DNA of 59,103 bases from Atractiella rhizophila (lineage: Eukaryota), in NCBI GenBank assembly GCA_021432655.1, contig MU271442.1, positions 1 to 59,103 on the forward strand, given 5' to 3'. Shown one piece after another: positions 35,218-45,611 of this stretch. The first letter of the stretch is position 1. Every line of letters starts with the position of its first letter. A model generated the notes under the pieces. The model made no database searches, was not told where the DNA came from, and was given only the letters and a program-made list of their open reading frames with translations. The position numbers and the translations under genes were made by a program.

Positions 35218-37717
35218 TTAAACCAGTACTTTCACAGTTGCCTTCGCACCCAAAATCTTCGCCAGTTGTCGAAGATCTTGATCCGTGGCGATCGGCTGCA
35301 CGTCGCGTAGGAATGAAATGCCTGACTTTCCTGCGTCAACTGCATCGGTTGGTGACCTGGGACTAGCAAGGTATCCCAACGTCCAATTTCCTTCGAGATA
35401 TGCACCGCATGCCTCGTTGAGCTTCTTCTCGATTTTTCGACGCAGTTTCGCCAGAGGTATCGACTTGGGAACCTTTATCATGACGTTACACTCCTCGCTG
35501 TAGAGCACCTTTAGATAAACAGCTGGACTACTGTCGATTGGTTGTTGGTTTGCGCTCGGTGTGGGGAAAGTTGGTCTACGAGCAGAAAGGCTGGATGGAG
35601 TCAGAGGTAGCGGAGGGGTGGTTGATGGTGTCTCGTTCTCCTCTGGAAGGCTGGATATCGTTTCCAGCCGCTGATGTCGGATCGAAGAAACAGAGGTACC
35701 AGAATATGAACGACCACGATTTCCGATAAACTGTGGTTTAGGGCTGACGACGCCGCCATGCAGTCGGTAGGACCCGTCTGGGTTGAAGGTCATGTCTTCC
35801 TTCAAAATCTCTTTGCCGAGACTGTTAAGGAAGAAAGGAGAGCCGTCGCTCCCATCAAGACCGGCCATCAAGCTGCTCTCTTGCGAACGCGGGGTTGGGG
35901 GAGTGGCTGGCGTCCAATTATTGATATCAGAGAAGTCTGTCGAAGCTCGTCCACTAGTCACGGAACCGCTGTGAGAACTACGGCTGGAGACCAAACTGAT
36001 AGAGGACTGAGAAGGAGAGCGCCTGCAGCCTGATTGGCCGATGGATCCCTTTCGATAACGCGCGCTGTCGACTGCTATTGGGGCTCGGCCTTGTGCTTGA
36101 GATGCTTGAGGGACCGAAATTGCAGAACCGACAGGAACATTTCCATCGTATGGAGCGGGAAGCGGAGGAATGGGTATCTGTCATTCACAACGTTAACGAA
36201 CAAGATACTTCCCGCTGGCCAAAGGCAACGCACCTTTTTCTTTGGTGGGGACGGGAGAGGACAGTCAGGAGGAGGTCGCATTTCCTAGTTAAAGCAATGA
36301 GCGGGACTTGTTATGATACAAACTCGTGACCTCACCTGCATCGATCGAAAGTGTCGCAGGGGAGTGGTGCTGGGATATCCCGCCCCCCTCTTCTCTTTTG
36401 ACTTAGTTGCAGATTTGGCAAAAGTGTCCGTACTGGACGGAGAGTCGTTGCCGTGCTCAGACGGGGTATTCGAGACGATGGCTCCAGCGTTCTTGAGTGC
36501 CTCCCTCAATGTTGACGAATCAATATCTGACGGACGAATGGTTCGTTCGGACGTGGAGAGCGGGAGTTCGTCTTCAAACCCAAAAGTGGACCGTACTGGA
36601 GGAGCAGAGATGGGGATCTCGGATGTTCCCGCAGGAGCAGTTGGTTCGCGAGAACGTGGAGTACCAACTTCTGAGTGGGCATGCATCGTCGCAGACCTAG
36701 TAGGAGCACGGTGACCGACAGAGGGTTTCGAAGGCAATCTGTCGCCTGGAAGGTATTTGGTGATCTCGTCTGAGCCGTTCGTAGGTCGCCTAAGATTTGG
36801 AGTCGACTTCTTCTTCAGACCTAAGCTAGTCATCGCAGGAGATGATCCACGGGAAGAATTGACGGAAGCGGAGGCGGCAGCTCTCGCAAATGGGTCATTG
36901 GCGAGGTCCTCTTCATCTATGTAGGCTGGGGAGTGTTGCGGGAGACGCTGGTGAAGTAGAGAGTCAAAGCGCTGCATCGTTGGCGAAGCAAGCGGAGAAT
37001 CAGTCGAGGCTGGCGTCCCAACACCTCTTTCTCTATCCAACTCCACCTTTCCATCCAGCTCATCCTCTTTTTTCGGACTGAAGAACTCTGTGACAAGGTG
37101 ACAGTCTCTAACGATTTCTGGAAGGTCAAACAAGGTCTTGACGAAGATGTCGAGATCTTCCTTTCTTTCCGAGAGCGCTTTGCGGGTAATGAAGAGTGTG
37201 ACGCGTTTCGGGAGACGGGGGACGTGTCTGTGGAAGTTGGCTGGGAGCCCTGAAGGAGAAGGAGCTCGCTCGTGCGCAAAAGGCAATGGTCGATCAGGAG
37301 GAAACAAAAGACTTAGTCTAGACCAAACCGAGAGAACACTATTAGCAAAATCTTCGGAGAAGTAGTTAAGGAGACTTGCCGGTCGCTGAGCATCACAAAG
37401 TCGTCCCATTTCCTCCAAATCGTGTACGACGTTCTTTCTCCCTGCACTTGACAAGCGAATACCCACTTCCCTGCATGCTTTGCAAAGTGGGAAATGGAGC
37501 ATGCTCTAATTCCGGAGCTCTGAGGAAAGACAGCGGACGTAGGAGGCAGAAAGGTTTCGGAATTGGAGGTAAGGCTGAGGTTGCTCCTCGACGTCGACGA
37601 CTTTGTTCGCAGGCGGTCGAGAGGATCAGATGGGAGCCTCCGATTGAGACTCGGGGAAGGGGATGCAGAGGAGATCGACGACGTAGGTGAATGCTGGCTT
37701 GGAAATCGAGTGGACAT
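35218..37717 (-). CDS. PX-domain plus C-terminal PB1-domain protein with a long disordered Ser/Pro linker
   Basis: PX: YTIWRKWDDFVMLSDRLSLLFP...VPRLPKRVTLF...ERKEDLDIFVKTLFDLPEIVRDCHLVTEFFSPK. PB1-like: VYLKVLYSEECNVMIKVPKSIPLAKLRRKIEKKL...IATDQDLRQL...KATVKVLV*. GC-AG intron at 37318-37379. Confidence 0.8.
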
Positions 37718-40356
37718 GGTTGAAGATTTGAGGACTTGAGATCTTGGATGAGAGGACTGGTATTGTATTGCAGGAACGTCGGCCGAACACTGGTCGGGGT
37801 GTATGTTAGAAGGGAGACCTGTCTTGAACACGGTGTTTAAGAATGAGATTCTACATGCGCAGCCGAAGGAAGAGACGCGCTCAAAAAGTACTAAGTTCCA
37901 CTCCGCAATTTAAGGCGAAGGAATCAAGCGAAATGCAAATTGAAAGAAGCCGAACATAAAGAGAAGCAAGCAGGCTCTTCGTCGTCAACACTTCTTGAAC
38001 CGTCGAGGTGGAATGACTATTCTGTGAAAAGGGGCTTCGATATCGTCGTACGACCTGAAAAGCGGGAGCATACCCAGGTGCGCAGCACCTTCCAAAGCCA
38101 CCACCTATGGACTACCGAAGCTATCAATGTTACATACCTCAAGTCATGATCTGGGAGCAGAAGACACAAATGGATTGCTACCATCAACCCCTCGTTTTTG
38201 GATTTCACCAAGAAATTGAAACGGAACAACCGTTGACCGTTACCCCAAAATTTGTCAACAATGCCGCAGACCAGCTTTACGCAAGATAGCGAGCCTTGGG
38301 CATGAATAAGAGTAGATCATATGGATCGTGGAGCAAGCAGAGAACCAACAGAGGCGCGAACATCTAGAACAACAATGAAACAGAACTCACCTGGCTTGGG
38401 AGTGAGTTGTGGATTTGAACGGAAGTTGGAGATTGCTTTACTTGTACACCACTGGAATGCTAGACGAAGGGAACATAGAGCTGAAATGTTTTTATCCTGA
38501 CGATAGATTCTGAGAAGGAAGACGTTGGAGGGCTAGCGAAGAACGAAGATGTCGACAACCGTCAAGACGAATGACTGTTACAGAATGAGTTTTACAGATC
38601 AGAAATCGGAGCCTGACGAGAGGAAGCCACACCTTCCAGCGATGCGCCTCAGTCTTTTGAAGCAAAGCTCGATTCGAACAACTGAACAATGGGACTGTCG
38701 ATCTCTCAGCAGGGACCTCTGCCCAGATAAAGTTGCTCCTTGATCTTTCGAGTTGTGTTTGCCCTTCGCACTAAGCCACTTTTGAGGAGCTCAGCTCAGG
38801 GTAAGCTCGTAATGAACGCCTTCGAACCCTTATACGCCTCTGGAATCGATGTGGCAGAAGCTGCAGGGCAAAAATCAGAAGCGTTTTTGCGAAGAAGCCG
38901 TGGTCGGCGGACGGAATTTTGGCATACCCAACGCACCTGGGGATACGCAACCTTATCACCGAAATCTTTGGCCTTCGCGATCTCGATCAATTCGGATTTC
39001 GGACGACACCTTGAACTCAACACACAACTTACTCAACTGGAGCTGATTCCTGAAGGGCTGAAGTTGTCTTGGTGGTGTTATTGGTATTTTGGAGAGCTAG
39101 AGGTGACGGTCCTGGACATTTTGAAAGCAGTCACGGTTTTGTAAGTTATACCTCCGACTCCATACAGTGATTTCAAAAATTCAATTCGTCGGACCGCGAC
39201 CCTTTTTTCAGGGAAAATGCGATGTTGCAATGGTGTCCCATCAATAGAGTCACGAGCTGTCAACTCAGTTTATGGGAGAGTAGATCGAGCGCGTAAATCA
39301 AGTGTCAAAGCGAGGAGATACGTTATGCATATGATGTTCACACGCACGTCCAAGCGATAACGTATAACAGGGGAAGTTTCATCATTAAATACAACATTAC
39401 CATGTGTCGGCAAGGAGGAGACGGAGCAGCATGGAGTATGGGAAACTGAGCCAGGGGAACCTCAGCTATGTGTCTGAGCACAGACGCAGAGAGTCACTGG
39501 ATGGGATGGTTACTCTCCTTCGGTTGATTCTACAGTGCAGTGGTTTACTTCATTGACCATTTATACCTTCTGTCAGCAGTCAGTTTGAGCAGTGCCTTGG
39601 AAATATGTGGTGTGTTCCAGTTATATTTCTGGTGTCGCTTTCTCAGGCCGCGAACGTCTGTTGAGGGTCATTTCACGAAGCAAAGTTAGTGACAACGGAT
39701 GTGACCTCGCTGTAGTTTTGCCTATGGCAGTGAGCTCATTCACTTGATTTTACCTGACTCGGGGGACCTGGGTATCTTCGTAAGGCAGCACGACATACGA
39801 TCATCAACGCATGGGGTTTATTGTAACCGCCTCAGTAACTGCCTTCAGCTAAGTATGTAACTTAGTTGAGTTCAAGTTGTCCACCTGCCTCATTTCCACA
39901 AACGTGAACCCTTGCTTGTCACCACCTAAACATTTATGATTCAGAAAGTGTTTATATACCGAGCCTCTTCTCTTCTCGACGTTCACTCCATCTCCAAGAT
40001 GTAAATCCTTTCCGAAGTCATTGATCTCTGCGCACGGACTCTTTACTGCTGCTGTGATGCTCAGGTTTCTTAAGCTTCTTACGCTTGATACCACGCTAGT
40101 CAATTCAAGTTACACAATAGCCTTTGAGAATTCCAGAGAGATGCGATGCAATTTGCTGCTCCAATGTATTATTGTACATATTTAAAGAACCTTGGGCCAA
40201 AATACATCACGAAACGGCACACTACCTAAGTAGTGTATTTTGCTTGAAAATCGATTGTCCTTGTCCAGGATTGAGAGACGAAAATGAAAAGGAATCTACG
40301 ATCAATCTGTTATACAAGTTGAAGCAAGCTGAAACTGAAACTGCATTTTGGTTTCC

Positions 40357-41232
40357 TTAAGCGGAGGAATAAGGTGGTGGTTCTTCGCTAGACGAAGCTG
40401 AAGGAGAGGTTGGAAGATTGAGGGAAGAGCGAGACGAGTTTGGATGCAGTGAGAAAGAGGATCTGGCGACGGCGGGGAGGGAAAGGGAAGATCTGGACGC
40501 AGCGCACTGTGCGAGGATGAGGGAGGTCTTTGATCCGTTCGATTTGTCTCGGTGAAGCTTGTTCTTCCACTCCCTTAATGGCTGTCCTCCTTTCAGTCAG
40601 TAATCTTGCGCGTCAGGGTTCAGGTGGGACAAACTCACGTTTCGATGTCCACTTGATGAATGGAAGCCTGGACTTGGCAGAGGGCTGACTGGAGGACTGG
40701 GAGGACGATTGGGAACGGGGGGAGGAGCTGGCTCTGGTGTCACTTCGACTTTGGGCACTCCGGCATCCGTCACATTGTAGGTTAGGGTTTCCTGTATCTT
40801 GGTCACCCATGTCATCTGATATATAGCTGAGAAACAAACACAGAATTCCAAGAGCCTTTCGGTTCTGTTCACGCGCGCCCTCGCTTCTTCCATTCCGAAA
40901 TACGGATCCCAATATTTGGTGTTCCTGCCTTCATCTATCGATGAGGTGCCAAAGGGGAAGGCGTTGGGAGTGTTCGGAGGAACCAAGGGATGCTCGGAGG
41001 GGCTCGAAGGGTGCAAGCTGGAGGAAATGGATGGGGATGGATGGGAGGAGGAGGAAGCCTCGGCCTCGGAGGTCGAAGTGGACGAGGTGGTGGAGATGTT
41101 GGAGGTGGTTCGAAAGAGGGCCAATCGATGGTGATGGGACGCAGACGAAGGAGCACTCAAGGTGCTATCTGTGCTATTTCGCATGCTGGAGGAAGAGGAT
41201 GAAGAGCTCGAAAATCTGCGACGAAACGGCAT
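40357..41232 (-). CDS. Hypothetical Ser/Pro-rich protein ending in a PY motif (PPPYSSA*)
   Basis: ORF 40597..41253 plus an intron GTGAGT...CTGAC...GGACAG that continues in frame PLREWKNKLHR...SEEPPPYSSA*. Probable second 45-nt in-frame intron. Confidence 0.6.
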
Positions 41233-43284
41233 GGTCGTCAATCGTTCAATCAATCAATCTCGGGCTACAAGGAATATTCGAATGTGCCCATGAAAACGGG
41301 CTTTATATGTTTTGCCCATAGAGGAACCCGACTCCGAGCTCTCTTCTCAGGCAATTCGTGCCCGACGGTTTGATGACCTTGTGTAGGCTTTAAACTGGCG
41401 GGACAGCTCCCGCTGGGGACGAGTTCGCGCCAGACCGCGCGTCTTGGCTTACCGCCGGTACGATGATCAGTCGATAGCCTCTGGAAAACCAGGAACGGGC
41501 ATCCGACAATATGCGCATCGCAAAGTAAGCCCAAAGGCCACAAATCCAGTTCCACGTCCCCAAATGCCTTAACCCCAAGAGGCAAGGAGAGCGACTCACA
41601 TCTTTCCGAGTCCTCACTTGACCTTGCTGCCCTCGTCCGACGATCACTAGATCACTTTGGAGACCCGCTCGTGATTGCTCGTTTCAAGTGACTCTCTGTC
41701 TGAAATCCTCCAATTCTCCTGTCTACTGAACAGGACGCCTCCTACTTGTCCCTGCTTGAAATCGTCGACCGGCTCGTCGTTATCAGCTGCCTCTCCACCC
41801 TGAGACGCTGGATTAAGAAGCAAGGGAAAGCCAAGCCCGAGATCCCTTTGGCCTGGCCGATGCCTGTGACGAAGCAGCAGCGTCTAAGCGTTCTGGCCAG
41901 TTTCAGTCTTCAGGTGCTAGGTATATGTAGTTGACTATTTTCATAATATCTCGACATCGTCGGAGAACTGGGTAAGTTTCTGTGGAAATTCTGGGGATAC
42001 CAGGGTACCTTGATTTGGAAAGCTAAGGTCAAAGGAGGTAATCATGCGTTGCCTTCATTAAAATACGATTCGTATCCACTCAGCCCTCTTCAGTTTTCTG
42101 GACCACATTGAAGAGACTTGTGAGCGCGATGGTTCGCACTTTGAACCTTGGAAGTCTTCCACGTTTGTACAGGCTAAAGACCAGGGAGTTCTGATCATCC
42201 ATCAAGCGCTTCACGTTCGTCTCGTCCCTGTCACCAAGAATCTTCCGGGATTTCTTGGGCACTCTTCCTGGGCCAATCCTAGCCCAGGACCAGCGAGGAC
42301 GTTGACTTGCAGAAACGGCAAGAAGAGACAGACCCAGAAAACAGATACGCTTTGTAATTTATCAGATCGGGTAAACAAAGAACTTATCAGGGTTTGACAC
42401 GTGGATCAAAATACAAAACTAAATTATTAAGCTCTATCAATCAATCGATGGCCTTCATTGTGGAAGGCACGTTGATGGATGGAAGCTGCCATTACTGTGT
42501 AGCGCGTCGTGAAGACCATAATTCTCACATAATTCCAATGGGAAAATTATGTGAGCTGTTGCTAGTGTAACTCTCCGGACGGAGTAAGAGGGGAGCGACC
42601 AAATTCCACCTGGAGCTTTTGCTGGAGGACACCGCTCCGACACCCACGTCCGTTCTGTTTCCTCTGACATGCTTGCACGATTTACGCCGGTTTATGCATG
42701 AAGGACGCGAAAAGCAAAATCGGACAAGCGACAACAAGCCAGATTTCGGTTTTCGGCAACAGTTCAGGCAAATTCAAAGAGGTTCAAGTTGATCCGATCT
42801 ATGATAGGTCATATGAAATTGTTCCTTTCATCCAATTTCATCGATAATTTCACGCTTGCCCAAAGATGACCAAATCAAAGAGAAAGTTCAAGGTCGAGAT
42901 CGAGGCTACCCGAACTGTTGGCGCGTGCTATAATTGTTTGTCGAATTCAAGAGCATTCAATAACGGATCAAAGGTTCGCTCAGTGGATGTCAAGGCGAGT
43001 CAGGGTCAAGGCTGGCATTCAACTACCGGAGAGATAAAAGGGAACGACTCCTGCGTCGTTGCCCCTTTCCCTTCCCAACAGCGCATCTGCGACTTTGTTT
43101 CCTTGCAGCCTCCCTCGGAGCAACTACTTTGACGTCTAGACGCCTGGTCTCCTTGCGAACGACGTCCGTCGCTTACATCCGCTGCGTTTCAGGATTTGGG
43201 CGTACTACGTCAAACGACAATTTTGATCCCACGTCCTTCTCGCGTCAGACGCGTCACAGCAGTCGTCGGTTCCCCTTATTCCCT

Positions 43285-43290
43285 TATAAA
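43285..43290 (+). promoter_or_regulatory. Candidate TATA box (TATAAA) of the cyclin gene
   Basis: About 115 nt upstream of ATG 43405, followed by a pyrimidine-rich leader. Confidence 0.45.
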
Positions 43291-43404
43291 GGCACCTCCT
43301 GCCTCGCCAACTTCACCCTTTTCCACCCAACGCAGCTCAATAGCTAATACCAATCTTGACTTCGATCGATCCAACCCACAGATCATCTGACTCATCAAGC
43401 AACA

Positions 43405-44378
43405 ATGGCTTCCTCGAAACTACACCGTTATTACGGTCGCAAAGGTTCGCCCTCTTTCTTCCAAACAGCCATAGTTGACCTTGGTTGTAGACATCGCTCT
43501 GTTTTGCAAAGAGAACGTCACGCGTTACTTTGCAAGAACGCTCGAAACAACCTGCACAGCGTCGACTTCGAAGATAGATACACGGCCTCCCCCACCAGAG
43601 ATTGGAGAATGGATTGTGCGTCTTCTTGTTTAGTCCTGCGAGCCTTTGATTTGGAGCTGATCCATCTTACTATCACAGGCTTATGTTCTTTACCGAACCG
43701 CACTTCCACTCACAACTTGCTATCATGCACTTCATCTCCTCCACCGCCTAAGTCAGAGCTTTGACTCTGACCCGAGGTCGCCCTCCCCTCCGCTCTTCCA
43801 CCATCGATTGGTCTTCAGCGCCTTTGTCCTCGCTTGCAAGTACGCTATGGATGTGGGTTCTTTTCCTCACTTCCAAATGATGTCGCTGATGATGGTTGAT
43901 GATTTTTCAGGACGCATATTCCAACAAATCGTGGGCTGTCGCTTCTCGAGACGTCTTCAATGTCAGGGAGATCTCTGAAATGGAGCTGTCAATGCTCAAG
44001 TCCCTCGATTGGGTTCTTCGCGAGGAGGGAGAGGATCTGGACGAGGTCCTCCAGCACTGGGAATTGAATTTCGAAGCGTGGTGCATCCAGAGGGAGGAGG
44101 AGAGGGAGCGTGAACGTGAGAGGGAGAGGGAGGAATGGAAGCGAAAGGCGATGAATCGATACGGGGGAGCATTGAAGCGAGTCGATTCCAACTGCCTTCC
44201 TGTCTCCTCCTTCAAACACCAGCAACCTCTCTTCACTCCACGTTTCGAATCGTCGACTACCGAATCTTCTCCCTCTTCTGTCCCGATGGAGCGATTCAAG
44301 AGTTCCTCCAATTCGACAATCAAGGTCCTCGATTATGCGAGACAGGCTAGACCTCGTGTTCCTCGATACGAAATCTAG
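43405..44378 (+). CDS. Pho85-type (Pcl/Clg1-like) cyclin
   Basis: Three introns. Cyclin box PEIGEWIAYVLYRTALP....HALHLLHRL...HRLVFSAFVLACKYAMDDAYSNKSWAVAS..VFNVREISEMELSMLKSLDW.L. Confidence 0.88.
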
Positions 44379-45611
44379 GTCGTTACGCGCTCTACCTTTC
44401 ACTTCAGCTCGAGTTTCAAGCTCACATCGACAATCAAGAATCTGTTGCATCAAAGGACGATCAGTTTCCAGTTTCGTTGTCGTGGTTTTCGTCAAACAAA
44501 TCTGTAGTTCTCTCCTCACCATTACTCTTCAACTTCAACCCAGTCCATGATCCAGTCCATGTGTTCCTTTAGTCGTCTCGCAATCATGATTCGTCATACG
44601 TTCTTTCGACATTTCTCTCCGGTCCTTGATCCTTGTTTTGGGTATCAACGTTTTACATCATCGACTTCACCCTTCGAACCATGCCTGGGCCTTCTTCTCG
44701 GTCCAAACACCTTTTTGCTTGTTGCGTTTCGTATCATTTCATCAAACACCAGATAGCATTTTACCCTCAAGTCATCGCGTTGTACACGGTTAACAACTAC
44801 TTCACCATTCGCTTTCTTCTCCTAATACACTTGAATTTTCTGTTGTGCGAAACCCATTCGAATCTTTCAAAGCCAATCAGTTAGTACATAGAGATACCTT
44901 TTCGCTTCCCTTCGATGCATCATCAACGGGACCTTGAACATAGTCTTTCAAGCGATAAATACTGGTTACCCTTTCTTCCTGTCCAACGTTCAAACCATTT
45001 GTCTTGGCCATGCAACAATGAAGATACAAGTTTCCCTATGCCCGTAATATCGTGCCTGCTGAAATCGCTGGAAATATGTAAGGGATAAATCAAGCTGCTG
45101 GGCTCCTCTGCTGGTCGTATTTGTCAGTGGTTGTGAGTCAGAAGATGACTCCGCGTATCTCCATCAATGAGCATTATCACACTCACATCACAGCGTGGAA
45201 AGCGCCAGAGCAAACCACAAAGGATAGTTAGGCAAAGAGCTGAAGGCTGCTTTGGATCACTTCAAATTCACAACAGAGTCTGAAGTTATCGTTCGTGCGA
45301 GGAACTGTAGCAGAGCAGGTGCACCATGTGAGCTTTCCTTTCGGCTGGTGTTTGGGGTGGCGTGGTTGAGATGAAAGAGACATGAAATCACCTGTACCTT
45401 GTTAGAATCGACGATGTGATAGTATCTGCGAAGCTGAGCGCTGAGCTGTACAAGCATCTGTCGCCTTCTCCTGGCAGCACACTTTCTCCGTAGCTCACAA
45501 CTTGACTATATGTAAGGTGTAGCTCGATCGCTCTTTTGATGCCTTTGATTCTCTTTCACTTGAGACTGTGAGCAAAATGACAGTAGAGACGCATATCCTT
45601 TATTGCTGTTG

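Noticed and set aside
38400..40350. Gene-free ~2-kb stretch examined for a transposon relic or ncRNA
   Set aside because: No terminal repeats, transposase/RT motifs, or recognisable snRNA/5S/SRP sequence. Only short ORFs that look random.
41970..42400. GTAAGT donor and an ATG-less open frame of ~110 codons in the 2.1-kb gap before the cyclin
   Set aside because: I could not build a coherent exon chain or recognise any homology.
44090..44135. GA-rich repeat encoding EEEREREREREREE in the cyclin
   Set aside because: Ordinary coding low-complexity charged helix.
15858..44378. KAR5, a cyclin and a Bem1-like protein as a possible mating-type locus
   Set aside because: No pheromone receptor, CAAX pheromone precursor, homeodomain gene or STE20 in the window. 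These genes are far apart among housekeeping genes.
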